This document shows, piece after piece, positions 54,419 to 64,000 of a DNA stretch of 64,000 nucleotides (position 1 is the stretch's first letter; each line of letters opens with the position of its first letter). Below the pieces are notes generated by a model that was given only the letters and a program-made list of their open reading frames with translations, ran no database searches and had not been told where the DNA came from. Origin of the DNA: a virus (taxonomy: Duplodnaviria > Heunggongvirae > Uroviricota > Caudoviricetes); IMG/VR virus record IMGVR_UViG_3300037483_001818, one strand, 5' to 3'. Made by a program: the position numbers and the translations under genes.

Positions 54419-54754
54419 ATGGACGGATACCTCGGAGAGTTTCCCGTCAAGCTCAAGGACACGCCGTTCGCGCAGTTTACGAGCACCGACTGGGCGCTCT
54501 ACTTCATCGAGCGCTACGGCGGGATCGACGGTGCGCATCACAAGCAATGGCTGATCGATCAGACTGCGCGCGGCCTAAACGGTGCGCCCATCGAAATCGT
54601 CGAAGCGCGCTGGATGGGCGGTAACGGGCTGCCCGACGCCGAGTACCGCATCCGTGTCGGCACCAGCGACAAATACACCACGTGGGTCACAAAGATGAAG
54701 GCCGGTGAAGACGGTCCCGAGACCTATACGTGGGACGAAGGAATTGCACCGTGA
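54419..54754 (+). CDS. Hypothetical phage-type protein
   Basis: YGGIDGAHHKQWLIDQ...WDEGIAP. Confidence 0.7.
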   Translation: MDGYLGEFPVKLKDTPFAQFTSTDWALYFIERYGGIDGAHHKQWLIDQTARGLNGAPIEIVEARWMGGNGLPDAEYRIRVGTSDKYTTWVTKMKAGEDGPETYTWDEGIAP

Positions 54755-55105
54755 CGCGTACCGAGGAACAAGAGCGTGCACGTCAACAGCTGATCGACGC
54801 CGTCAAAGCGTGGCGTGAGGCACGTTGCCTGTATGCACAATCGCCGGGACGCGAAGGCGAGCTGTGCGACGGCGACAACCACCTGCTGGAGTGTCCCGTC
54901 GAGACCACCCGCCAAGGCATCCTCGCTGCGCACAACAAGGTGGAGCTACTCCGTGCCGGATAGAAAGACAACGACGAGCTGATCGCCCGAGGGCGCCGCA
55001 TCCGCCGCGCGAAGAGCACTCATGCGCGATGAAATCGCCTAGTGGCGTCGGAGGTCGAGCGTTTACGACGTTCACGTGATCATGGATTAGGGTCAGGAGT
55101 TACCT

Positions 55106-55121
55106 GGGTATATTCGTACCC
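55106..55121. promoter_or_regulatory. GGGTA-N6-TACCC palindrome
   Basis: GGGTATATTCGTACCC, intergenic, with a degenerate copy at 55090-55105. Confidence 0.6.
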
Positions 55122-55208
55122 ATCCTGTCGTACTTCCAGCCAAAAACCGCTTGCACGCTTGCGACAAGATCCTTAAAAAGAAATGAACCGTCCACCCGAC
55201 AGGAATTC

Positions 55209-56147
55209 ATGAAACGCGCTCTCCTTCTCACTTTTGCTCTCACTGTTTTGTCGGCATGTGCCGACGAAGTCCCCCCAGGAATCGTGCTTGGCCGTGCCTT
55301 GGTCACCGCATGTCCGGTCGCAGCTGCGAACGATGCTGCTGCACGCGAGGCGTGTGCCGATGCACTGACCGACATGACCGAGCTACGCGACGCACTGACC
55401 GATCCGGTGCTGTGGGGAGGACAGCCCGATGGCTTCCACGCCGCCGATCTTCTCACCGACGCGAGCCTCACCCAATTCGATCCGCGCGTCTGGCGACGGA
55501 TGTACTTGTCGACGTTCATGTTCGAAGCTGCTCCGTCCGAGATGGAGCAGGATGGCAAGTACCAGGTGCTCCGCATGCGCGTGCAGTTCCGCAACAAGCT
55601 CGATGCGGGCGACTATCCGTATCCGTTCTGGCACAGCGGCAAAAAGTGGACGGCCTATGAACAGGCAACCGAGGTACTGTTCGTCTTCGACAGCGCCGGC
55701 CGAATTCCGGTGGCAGTGCGCACAACACCCGATCCAACGCACGAGCATGATCCTCGGACGTGGGATGGCGTCTGGACATGGAACGCTGGTCAGGAGCCCC
55801 ACGTCTCTTTGTATACGTACCTGTTCTCGCCCGGAAACCCGCACGTCGCGGCGCTCGACACGGCGTATCGCAGCCTTGAAGAGACGATGCGCGAACAGGA
55901 TTGCAGCAAGTGTCACAGCCCGTCGAACAGTGCGATGGCCCTGCATCTGGAATTGCTCAACTATCCGAATCAAGCTCTCACCGCACGGCACAAGATCGCG
56001 CATCTGATCCAGATCAACGCGATGCCCCCTGTGACCGGCATTCCAAGCGACGACACGCGTGCCGATCTGATTCAGCGGGCCATGACCTTCGCCAATGCCG
56101 GCGATGCAGCCTTGGCGTATGAAGGCGAACCCGTTCCCTCGCTATAG
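55209..56147 (+). CDS. Lipoprotein with a c-type heme motif
   Basis: MKRALLLTFALTVLSAC lipobox; CSKCH; downstream AMPP; SD AGGA upstream. Confidence 0.75.
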   Translation: MKRALLLTFALTVLSACADEVPPGIVLGRALVTACPVAAANDAAAREACADALTDMTELRDALTDPVLWGGQPDGFHAADLLTDASLTQFDPRVWRRMYLSTFMFEAAPSEMEQDGKYQVLRMRVQFRNKLDAGDYPYPFWHSGKKWTAYEQATEVLFVFDSAGRIPVAVRTTPDPTHEHDPRTWDGVWTWNAGQEPHVSLYTYLFSPGNPHVAALDTAYRSLEETMREQDCSKCHSPSNSAMALHLELLNYPNQALTARHKIAHLIQINAMPPVTGIPSDDTRADLIQRAMTFANAGDAALAYEGEPVPSL

Positions 56148-56341
56148 GTGAAGGTGCTCGTGGCGCTGTCTGCCTGAAGCCTGCACCCAAAGGATCCTCG
56201 TGGCAGCCGAATGCTGACTACTGCGTCGGCGACAACCACCTGAAGGCGTGTCCGGTCGAACGTGCCACACACCAAGGTCGAGCAGCTCCGTGCTGGCTGA
56301 CCAAGCGCAACAACCTCCAAGAAACCATCAAGGTCCCGCAA

Positions 56342-57250
56342 ATGACGAAGTGCCTCGCCGTGTCCCCATTCACGATGCCCGCCGCGCTCGCCGCTGCTGA
56401 CGCCCTGCTAATCAACCCGACGTGGCGCGGCGAGCCCGGCACTGCGGAACAAACTGCCGCCTGGCTCTCCAACCCAACGTGGCTAGGAAAGCCCGACAAC
56501 GAGGAGCAGGCAGTGTGGCTCAGCAGCTTTCGGCGCCGTGCTGAGCTGGCAGCTGCGATGCCCGAGATCCATCGCAACGCCACCGATTCCGCCGCGCAGC
56601 ACGTGGCATGGCTGAAGAGCGAAGGCTGGGAGGCCCAGATCCCGCAGGGCACGTCCATGGATCTTTTCCTCGCGAGCACACTGAACATCGTCGCCAAGTG
56701 GCGTGAAATCGGCCGCGCTTACCAAGAGCAAGGCATTGATCGCGTCCTCTTGAAGAAGGGGGCGCGTGCCTCCGTGCCCGGAGCGCAACATCCCGTGGTG
56801 GCGGTCAGCACCCAGCAGGATCGTTTCAACTTCTGTTTTCAGCAAGTCGACACGGCGCCGACAACCGTGGACGCGTTGACCACGTGCGCGCTGGACATGA
56901 TCGGCACCACGGCACGCGAGGAAGTCCATCTCGACTTTCCAATGGTCGATCTACTCGTACGTGACGACGCGAAGTACATGCTGGGCATCCACGCCGGAAC
57001 GAACGTGATCACGCAGGCCGCCGAGCAGCTTCGCCTGGAGCTGAACGAAGTCGGTGGACGAGCGAGCGCCGCGGCGGAGATTCGGGTGACCCGGGGCATT
57101 CGCAAAACTCCCACCATCAAGCTGGACGGTCCGTTCGTGGTCGCGATCGCGATCCACCGCAACGGAACACCCCACGACGCGGCCCCGATCCTGTTCGCAG
57201 CCTATGTCGATCGTGACGCGTGGAAGAAGCCTGCCGAGGGGCGCATCTAA
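56342..57250 (+). CDS. Serpin-like protein
   Basis: VHLDFP, LELNEVGGRASAAAE (hinge-like), IKLDGPFVVAI and PILFAAYV resemble the serpin C-terminal signature. Confidence 0.6.
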   Translation: MTKCLAVSPFTMPAALAAADALLINPTWRGEPGTAEQTAAWLSNPTWLGKPDNEEQAVWLSSFRRRAELAAAMPEIHRNATDSAAQHVAWLKSEGWEAQIPQGTSMDLFLASTLNIVAKWREIGRAYQEQGIDRVLLKKGARASVPGAQHPVVAVSTQQDRFNFCFQQVDTAPTTVDALTTCALDMIGTTAREEVHLDFPMVDLLVRDDAKYMLGIHAGTNVITQAAEQLRLELNEVGGRASAAAEIRVTRGIRKTPTIKLDGPFVVAIAIHRNGTPHDAAPILFAAYVDRDAWKKPAEGRI

Positions 57251-57330
57251 CAGGCCCGCCCGACACGACACGGGCCGCAAACGGAGAAAGGAGAACGGAG
57301 AACGGCACGATCCACTCCCGGGAAGCACAC

Positions 57331-57383
57331 TTCGAGTCCCGTCTATTTTCCGGGAACCGCGGATTCGAGTCCCGTCCGAGTCG
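57331..57383 (+). pseudogene. tRNA-like 3' remnant
   Basis: TCCCG/CGGGA stem then GCGGA-TTCGAGT-CCCGT T-arm-like segment; no 5' acceptor strand or D-arm found. Confidence 0.3.
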
Positions 57384-57417
57384 TACGGTCATCTCGCCAC
57401 GCTTATAACTAGGTGCG

Positions 57418-57927
57418 ATGAAAGAGCCCAGCGACGCGGAATACCTCCCGATGATTTACGTCAAGATGACCTCTAAGGGGCCGCAGGTCTACGTCGGCCC
57501 TGTCAAGCCGGCCGTAAAAGACGTTGCCCACGCTTACACTGACAAGGTCCTCGACCCATCGAAGAAATGGGTGTTGCCGCTGTCGACGGGCGTCCCGGTC
57601 TTGCCCACACAGTCAGCACACATCACTGCATGCCCGAGGATGCTCTGTGTGCCAAACCGCTTCATGATCTCGAGCTCGGGTACGGCAGGAGGGGCAGCTG
57701 ACTGGATCGTCAAAGACATCAAGATCGACGGCTGCTCACAATTCAGAAGACCAGGTGATATTTCCGGAGAAATGTTCGCACCGAACGCGGGCATTGCTTC
57801 GGATGTGCTTGAACGCTTCGTTCAGTTCACTGCGATCCAGCCGAACACGGATGTTGATATAATTGTGACGTACGTCGGTATTAACGAGCATGGCTGCCCC
57901 TTGTTCGCGTCGCTGGATCGGGATTGA
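57418..57927 (+). CDS. Beta-rich hypothetical protein
   Basis: DWIVKDIKIDGCSQF...GEMFA...VDIIVTYVG. Confidence 0.6.
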   Translation: MKEPSDAEYLPMIYVKMTSKGPQVYVGPVKPAVKDVAHAYTDKVLDPSKKWVLPLSTGVPVLPTQSAHITACPRMLCVPNRFMISSSGTAGGAADWIVKDIKIDGCSQFRRPGDISGEMFAPNAGIASDVLERFVQFTAIQPNTDVDIIVTYVGINEHGCPLFASLDRD

Positions 57928-57974
57928 CAGCACTGATCCCACCAGCCTGGGCAGACCATCACCTCGTCGCGCAC

Positions 57975-58433
57975 TTAGCGGCAGCCGAGACCAACGCGTC
58001 GACACGCGAGGGCCTTGTCCTCGGCACACGGCATAAAATCTTGTCCGCTCATGATCCCGCACGCCGTGTGCGTGCTCGTATCGAGCACCGCGTGCCCGAC
58101 CTCGTGGGCAAGAGCCACCCACAACCCGAAGCCGGTCAAGTCCGCGCGTATCTGGATACGACGCTCCAACCTGTTCGTAACGCCGCCCGCATTTTTGGGC
58201 GTTTGTGCCACGCGCTCGACGAGCACGGCCGAAATCTGACCCCCCGTCTTTACACGGACAAGTCCGATCGAGGCCCAGCCAACGAGGGCCTTGTCCAGAT
58301 CAGCCTCCAGGGTTGGATCCGGCACGATCAGCTCAAAAGTCACGCGGCCTGTCTGCTGCCCCGACGGCAAGGAGCGCTCCGGCAGATGACAGCACGCGAG
58401 CAGCAACACTACGAAGATCATGCCTGTGCGCAT
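57975..58433 (-). CDS. Putative lipoprotein zinc metallopeptidase (matrixin-like)
   Basis: VVLLLAC lipobox; AHEVGHAV...H..CGIM Met-turn. Confidence 0.7.
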   Translation of the reverse strand: MRTGMIFVVLLLACCHLPERSLPSGQQTGRVTFELIVPDPTLEADLDKALVGWASIGLVRVKTGGQISAVLVERVAQTPKNAGGVTNRLERRIQIRADLTGFGLWVALAHEVGHAVLDTSTHTACGIMSGQDFMPCAEDKALACRRVGLGCR

Positions 58434-58462
58434 GCTTTACAGAATGGCACGAGCGCGCGGCT

Positions 58463-58681
58463 TCAACGCATTTTTTGCCACGGCCCGACCTCGTAGTCGC
58501 CGACCTCGTAGTCGCCGGCCGGCAGCTCGAAGCGCCGTGGATCCTGATAGCCGCACGCCAGACACCGCGGATTGAGCGCCTGGCAGTCTCGAGCCGCCCT
58601 GCACCTCGGGCAGGTGAACGTGCTCGTAGCCACATCGACGCCCGGTGCGAAGCCTCGGACTTCTTCCTGGTCCTTTTTCAT
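58463..58681 (-). CDS. Small Zn-ribbon protein
   Basis: CPRC...CLACG; TACACT 7 nt before the ATG. Confidence 0.55.
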   Translation of the reverse strand: MKKDQEEVRGFAPGVDVATSTFTCPRCRAARDCQALNPRCLACGYQDPRRFELPAGDYEVGDYEVGPWQKMR

Positions 58682-58711
58682 AGTGTTTAGTGTACACCAT
58701 TGGGCACGGAT

Positions 58712-58844
58712 GGGTGCGTAGATACCCATGTCCCGGTGCGACGTCTTCCCGTATCACTCCTGCAACGGGTACCTTGATACCCAGGTGTCCTTGCGCGGAC
58801 TTGCCTGCTTCACTGGGCTTTCCCAGCCCGGCACGCTGCGTGTA
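58712..58844 (+). promoter_or_regulatory. Two palindromes upstream of a variant sigma54-type promoter
   Basis: GGGTGCGTAGATACCC at 58712, GGGTACCTTGATACCC at 58767, CCGGCACGCTGCGTGTA (GG-N10-GT); ATG 13 nt later. Confidence 0.65.
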
Positions 58845-58856
58845 CTACCAAACAGC

Positions 58857-59354
58857 ATGACGACCGTAACGATCGACACCAGCAAGAACGACGACACGAG
58901 TAACCTCATGGTCCAGATCAAGCTCCGTGATCGCGACCTCAACGCCAAAGGCAGCGGCACGGAGGAGCATCGCCTCGTCGTGCTACTCGACACCGCGCCC
59001 GAAGATCCTACCGTCATGGGCACGGGGCGAGCGAAGTGGGCACGTGACTGCGCGGAGCGCGTGACTGGCGACTGGCTGCGAATGGATTTCCGCGCGGCGA
59101 ATCGCAAGTGTGGCGAGCGTGGATGGGTCCCGATCGGCACACTCGTGATCGCGATCGACAAGTCGATTCGCGGCTACAAAAGTGAGGGACGTGCAACCTA
59201 CGCGCTCGGTGTCGTCGGCGCCGATGCGGAAGGAAAGACCAAGATCACGTGGAACCTGCCCGGCAAGGACGGCCACGTTAAGGTCGAGTCCAACGGATCG
59301 GGTTGGACGCACACGATCGTGTACCAGGGTCGCCGCTACGAGGTGCGATCGTGA
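58857..59354 (+). CDS. Hypothetical protein, first gene after the promoter
   Basis: MTTVTIDTSK...; strong codon bias. Confidence 0.7.
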   Translation: MTTVTIDTSKNDDTSNLMVQIKLRDRDLNAKGSGTEEHRLVVLLDTAPEDPTVMGTGRAKWARDCAERVTGDWLRMDFRAANRKCGERGWVPIGTLVIAIDKSIRGYKSEGRATYALGVVGADAEGKTKITWNLPGKDGHVKVESNGSGWTHTIVYQGRRYEVRS

Positions 59355-59893
59355 ACGCCCGCGACATCGAGAAGCAGATCCTGAACCTCATCGAGTCCTC
59401 GTTCGAGGACACCCGCGTCCCCGACGCGATCGCCGCGCACGCCGACAAGCGCACAGGCAAGTTGGTCACCAAGACCGACGCGGAGCAGCTCGAAGCACAG
59501 CTCGGAGTCCCCGTGCGCATCCTGCGCCGGTACGGCATGACGCAGGTCGCCTGGGCTGTCGGCCAGGGTCCGAATCCGTGGAGCGACGAGCGCTCGATCC
59601 TGCTCGCGCATTCAGACACGAACGTTCGGTGGCCCACCAGCGCCGAGTTGAAGACGAAGGAGACCGCCTACTTCGGAGCGCGCGACGAGCGCAACGAGAG
59701 CCGCAAGAAGCTGCTCGCCGAGCACCGCCAGCACGAGCGCATCCCGTACATCAACCCGTCGCACGTCGAGCGTGCCGCGGCGGCGGTTGCCAAGCTTCGC
59801 GAGGCCCGCGAGGAATTGCTTCAGCTCAGCGACTACGGCCAACCCCTGAACGTCGTCCGATACGCCGTCGAGAAGCTCGCGGGGAAGGAGTAG
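59351..59893 (+). CDS. Hypothetical protein
   Basis: GTGA overlap with the upstream gene. Confidence 0.7.
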   Translation: MNARDIEKQILNLIESSFEDTRVPDAIAAHADKRTGKLVTKTDAEQLEAQLGVPVRILRRYGMTQVAWAVGQGPNPWSDERSILLAHSDTNVRWPTSAELKTKETAYFGARDERNESRKKLLAEHRQHERIPYINPSHVERAAAAVAKLREAREELLQLSDYGQPLNVVRYAVEKLAGKE

Positions 59894-59961
59894 GATCGGC
59901 CTGTATCCGCTCGAAGAAGCAGCAAACCCTCACGGATGTGTAGAGGACAAGGATCTAAGAC

Positions 59962-60297
59962 ATGACGAAGCCTGCAAGTACGATCGCGATCACTACTGTC
60001 GTCGAGAACCCCCGCCCGACCAGCACTGGCGTCGCTAAGGGCGTCGACTACGATGCCGATATCATGGTGACGGACGAGGCCGGTATCACCACTCGGTGGC
60101 GTGGCGAGCTGACCTACGCACCGCAGCACGACGGCACCCTCGTCCCCTACGGTAACTCGGTCGACTACTGGATGTCGGGCTCACTGATCAAGGCGCTCAA
60201 TACGCCATGGATCGCGGCTCACAGCAAGCTGGTCAAGGCGATCACGAAGTCGCTCGGTGGCGGCGAAGGTACCGAGTCCTTCGACGTGTCGCTCTAA
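59962..60297 (+). CDS. Hypothetical protein
   Basis: 111 aa ORF. Confidence 0.65.
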   Translation: MTKPASTIAITTVVENPRPTSTGVAKGVDYDADIMVTDEAGITTRWRGELTYAPQHDGTLVPYGNSVDYWMSGSLIKALNTPWIAAHSKLVKAITKSLGGGEGTESFDVSL

Positions 60298-60594
60298 ATG
60301 AGTCACTCCGCGCGATCCCTCCGCGTCCTCCGCTACCTGGACGTAACTCCAGGTAGTGCCACGACGGACGTCGTCAGCTACGAGAGCGGTTACGGTGCTC
60401 ACGCCATCTCCACCTTCGCGCTCGTGGTCCGAATGGCCGCGCGCGGGCTTCTGCGACGCGTGCGCTACGGCGGACATCATCGCCTGTACGTGACCGCGCT
60501 CGGTCGCCGCGTGATACGAGCCCCCGGCATGAGCGCTGCTGAGGCGCGTGTAGCCCGACTCGCCGCTCGCATGGCGGCAAAGGCAGCGCGCTAG
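60298..60594 (+). CDS. Small winged-helix protein
   Basis: LRVLRYL...LVVRMAARGLLRR......LYVTALGR. Confidence 0.6.
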   Translation: MSHSARSLRVLRYLDVTPGSATTDVVSYESGYGAHAISTFALVVRMAARGLLRRVRYGGHHRLYVTALGRRVIRAPGMSAAEARVARLAARMAAKAAR

Positions 60595-61172
60595 ATGGCG
60601 GGCGTGAAAGTGGAAGCTGCCCAGTTCGACATGCCCGGAAAGAAGACCTGCACGCGCTGCCACGATACCGAGTGGCCATGCTTCCTCGTCGATGGCCTGT
60701 GCCGCATGTGCCAAGCCCGACGCCGCGACGAGCGCCGCGAATCATCCATGACGCAGGCAACCCCGTACCGCTTCTGCTCCATCGAGGCTGACGGTCCATG
60801 GACCTCGCCGCCGTTTCCAGCCGCCGCCCGCCGTCACATCATGCAGGAAGTGATCGGCGGCTTCATCATGGGGCGACCGCGCTGGACCGAGGACCTGGAC
60901 GGAAACTTCATCTACGGTCTCGACGCCAAGGGCAAGGAGTTGAAGTTCGCGCCCACGTACACACCTGAACCGACGCCGCGACGCCGCGGCAAGAACAAGC
61001 CTGCGACCGCAGAGCAGCTCAAGAGCGAACGTTCGCGCGCGCGCAAAGAGCAGCTCGACGCGGCTCTCGCGACGACACTCGAAACCCGGCAGGCGGATCC
61101 GTACAACATTGCCTCATGGGAATCCGAGGCCAAGCCGACCGTGACGATCGAGGCGCTCACTAAGGATCACTC

Positions 61173-61601
61173 GTGAAGACGTCTTCCCGCGAAATCTGGA
61201 CGAACCTCACGCCACAACAGCGTGCGAACCTATTCTTCGTAGCCGAGGTCGATGTCGCTGAGGTCACGGGTCTGATCGAAGACACCACCGAGGACGAGAC
61301 AGGAATAGAAGAAGCACTGCACCGCGCCGGAGTGGGTGAGGCTAGTTGGGGGACACGGAATCGGGGATCAGTCCTCACGAACCTCGTGAAGAAAGGTCTG
61401 ATCAAGTCGAAGTCGACCTGGGAAGGCGAACATCACGAGCTGACACCACTCGGACGTCGGGTCATCAAGCATGTCGAGGCAATCTTGCTCGGGAAAGCCC
61501 CTGCCATCACAAAGGCATTTCAAGAAACGCGTCCTGAGAAGAAGAGCCCCGCGCAACTTGATGCCGAGATCGCCGAGACGCTCGCAAAGGAGACACGATG
61601 A
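61173..61601 (+). CDS. wHTH protein with C-terminal KKSPAQLDAEIAETL motif
   Basis: VLTNLVKKGLIKS...ELTPLGRRV; motif at 61539-61583. Confidence 0.75.
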   Translation: MKTSSREIWTNLTPQQRANLFFVAEVDVAEVTGLIEDTTEDETGIEEALHRAGVGEASWGTRNRGSVLTNLVKKGLIKSKSTWEGEHHELTPLGRRVIKHVEAILLGKAPAITKAFQETRPEKKSPAQLDAEIAETLAKETR

Positions 61602-62630
61602 CGCGCTTCTACGGAACGATCGAGTACGTGTCCAACCGACGTGCCGTTGTTGCTCTCACGGACGCTCGGGGCGAATTTTAAGGCATGCAGCGCATCGATC
61701 TGCCCCGCGCCAAGCACGGCAAGCGTGCGCTCTACGAACTGGGCTACAGCACCGCCGCGGTGATGGCCACGCTCAAAGGCGGCGCGCTCGACACGTTCAA
61801 GGTCCTCAAGACGTGAATCAAAGGAGTGCGTAATGCCTCGGCCGATCAAATGGAGTGGTCTGAAAGATCCACCGGACTACGACCTCCACACGAAGCGCCC
61901 GTCCGGGCACTGGGACGTCATGCTCAGCAAGCGTGAGGGCTGGGTCATCAGCTCTCCGCTGTATTGGAAGACCTTCCGTGACGCCGACAGGATCGTCGTC
62001 GGCCACGTCGACCGCGCGGTTGCGCGTCTACAAGCCGAAGCTCTGATCCGCATCGACGAGAAATGGCCGCTGTGAGCTGGAAGGAGCTGCGTGCCTCGTG
62101 CGTGTACAAGATCGCGCTTGGCACTCCCCGCCGTCCAGCCAACGCCCTCTGCATCGAGATCATGGAGCCGTTGCCGCGTTGCACGCTCAAGCTGCCGTCG
62201 CACTGGACGAGCACCGGAGCTTCCGCACTGCGCTGGCTCGGATCCGGTGGCAGCCCCCTCGTCCTGGGACGCTGCTCACCGAACTGCCCGCGCGCATACG
62301 AAAGCGCGGAGAAGTGACCGTCGACGAGGTCATCGCGACGCTCTTGGAGCTGGGATTCGCCCCTGCGGGCGAAACCACCGAACAGATCGTCCGGATCCCG
62401 ACGATGCGATCCCCCGTTTACGGCGGACTCGGCGGCGAGCGCCGAACACTCGGTGGTCGAGCGCGCTACACGCTGCCCGGCACCGATCTCCGCGTGACCG
62501 TTGGCTCGCGGACGACCAACGTGTACTTCTCTCGAGCCGGCAAGATCGAGTTCGTGCTGAACGAACGAACCAAGGAACTCGACGCGAAGATGCTCCGGGA
62601 CGCCATCACCGCAGCCACGGACTCTCACCA

Positions 62631-63116
62631 ATGAAAAAGACCGGAGCACAACTCGACCGCGAGATCGCCGAAGCACTTCGCTCACGCACCCGTACTGGGC
62701 ATGCCAGCAAGCGAAAGCCCAAGAAGACGGCCCACGAGATTCGGACGGATCGTCTGAAAGCGCTGAGGCGTCGCATGGCCGACGCTCTCGGCGACGACAC
62801 CTGGGACGATACGGATCCCGCGGAAATCGAGAAATGGATCAGCGTCGATGACGAGCTGTCCGATCGAGAGTGGCTCCAGGCCGCGCAAGACCAGCTCCTC
62901 GATAACAGCGTCCTGCCGGAGCATGCCGGCGCGCCGCCGCCCAACGTGTATGCCTGGAACGACGTCTTCATCTCCACGTATCGAATGAACATCGATGACG
63001 GCTTGGATGAAGAAGCTGCGATCAACAGCGCGCGACAAAACGCCTTCGACACGGTCGAGCTGACACGGAACGAGCGCGAGATGATCAAGACGGATCCCAA
63101 GCTCTACAAGGACTGA
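62631..63116 (+). CDS. Acidic hypothetical protein with N-terminal KKTGAQLDREIAEAL motif
   Basis: MKKTGAQLDREIAEALRSRTRTGHASKRK. Confidence 0.8.
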   Translation: MKKTGAQLDREIAEALRSRTRTGHASKRKPKKTAHEIRTDRLKALRRRMADALGDDTWDDTDPAEIEKWISVDDELSDREWLQAAQDQLLDNSVLPEHAGAPPPNVYAWNDVFISTYRMNIDDGLDEEAAINSARQNAFDTVELTRNEREMIKTDPKLYKD

Positions 63117-63120
63117 TGCC

Positions 63121-63405
63121 GTGAAGCCCATCCCATCGTTCGACGACCTCAACACGATCGCCTGGCACGACTTCATCCTGTGGGCATGGAACGAGCCCGA
63201 GATGCGCGCGCAGTTCGCCACGAAAACGGGTATCGAGATCCAAGCAGTGACCTCTCCGATCAACGCAGCAATCGACGCGGCAACCGGAGCCAGCACAAGT
63301 ACCGCCACACGATTCATCGAATGGGCCACGCGCGAGCACTGGGGCATCGAGCACGCGCCCGTGGCGTACCAAAAGGCGCTCACCGCCAAGGAAGCACAGA
63401 TCTGA
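63121..63405 (+). CDS. Hypothetical protein
   Basis: 94 aa operonic ORF. Confidence 0.6.
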   Translation: MKPIPSFDDLNTIAWHDFILWAWNEPEMRAQFATKTGIEIQAVTSPINAAIDAATGASTSTATRFIEWATREHWGIEHAPVAYQKALTAKEAQI

Positions 63406-64000
63406 TGGGCACAAAATCGACGCGCAAGTACCCGCGGTGGATCGTCCTCTACTACATCCACACCCCCGGTTCGACGTGGCTCGGAAAGGGCGTGGAGTTT
63501 TTCGACGACGAAGCGCCTGCGCGTGAGCGTGGTCGCGTAACAAACGGCACCAGCCGCCCGTTCTATCCGCCCTGGGATCGCCAGTACCTGGGCGCCGCAC
63601 AGGGGCACGCCAACCCTGTAGCCTTGACGGCCTACCTTCAGGAGTACCGGCCGTGACGTGCGGTCGCTGCCGCGAGAGCGGCCACAACCGGACGACGTGC
63701 CCCAAGTCAGAGCATCTGCCGCAAGCGCCGCCCGCCGAGCTGCTGCGGGTGCTGATCGATCCGATGCATGCGCTCACGCTCGTCACGGAAGGCAAGACAG
63801 CTGAGGCGCTTGCGAATGCCACGCGTCAAATCGGAGAACTCAACCGCGACGGGCTCGGGCACCTGGCGTGCAGCGACATCTTGATCGCGCTCGCCGAGTT
63901 GGAGCTGCGCTCCAGGCAGATTCCTGCGGCAATCGAAAACGTCCGATCAACACGCATGTCCGTCGAATCCGCCAAAGCAGCGCTCGCCGCCGCCAGGCAC

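Noticed and set aside
52812-54419. Long 535 aa plus-strand ORF and similar Arg-rich ORFs in the track
   Set aside because: These are shadow frames of real genes (here the aldo/keto reductase), expected in high-GC DNA.
55030-55060. Sigma54-type promoter paired with the 55106 palindrome
   Set aside because: Only a weak GG-N10-GC match on the minus strand, with no convincing downstream gene at the usual spacing.
57418-57927. Possible jelly-roll capsid-like protein
   Set aside because: Only a beta-rich impression; no motif I can support without structure prediction.

Overview
High-GC, gene-dense window of mostly small hypothetical ORFs with overlapping ATGA/GTGA junctions. I see no housekeeping, rRNA, virion-structure or replication genes. 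It reads as the accessory region of a large phage or similar extrachromosomal element. A Myxococcota host is my inference, from a myxobacterial-style FHA protein, Cys-rich lipoproteins and sigma54-type promoters. Recognisable products: two GNAT acetyltransferases, FHA protein, AAA_33 kinase, collagen-like protein, isolated sigma70 region-4 protein, DUF2442, FkbM methyltransferase, DUF6884, ABC-type ATPase, metallophosphoesterase, Thg1-like protein, ART-like protein, aldo/keto reductase, CxxCH lipoprotein, serpin-like protein and a HEXXH lipoprotein. The main unexplained signals are: (1) a 15-residue peptide, KK[ST]xxQLxREIxxAL, in 11 otherwise unrelated proteins, often beside H-[AST]-T motifs; (2) five sigma54-type promoters, each with paired upstream GGGTA-N6-TACCC palindromes at helically phased distances; (3) leaderless sigma70-type promoters, three of them bracketed by a GGTAACAAAA-N18-TTTTGTTACC inverted repeat; (4) a dispersed intergenic repeat family with a 31-33 bp period. 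All family assignments are by-eye motif recognition, not database searches.
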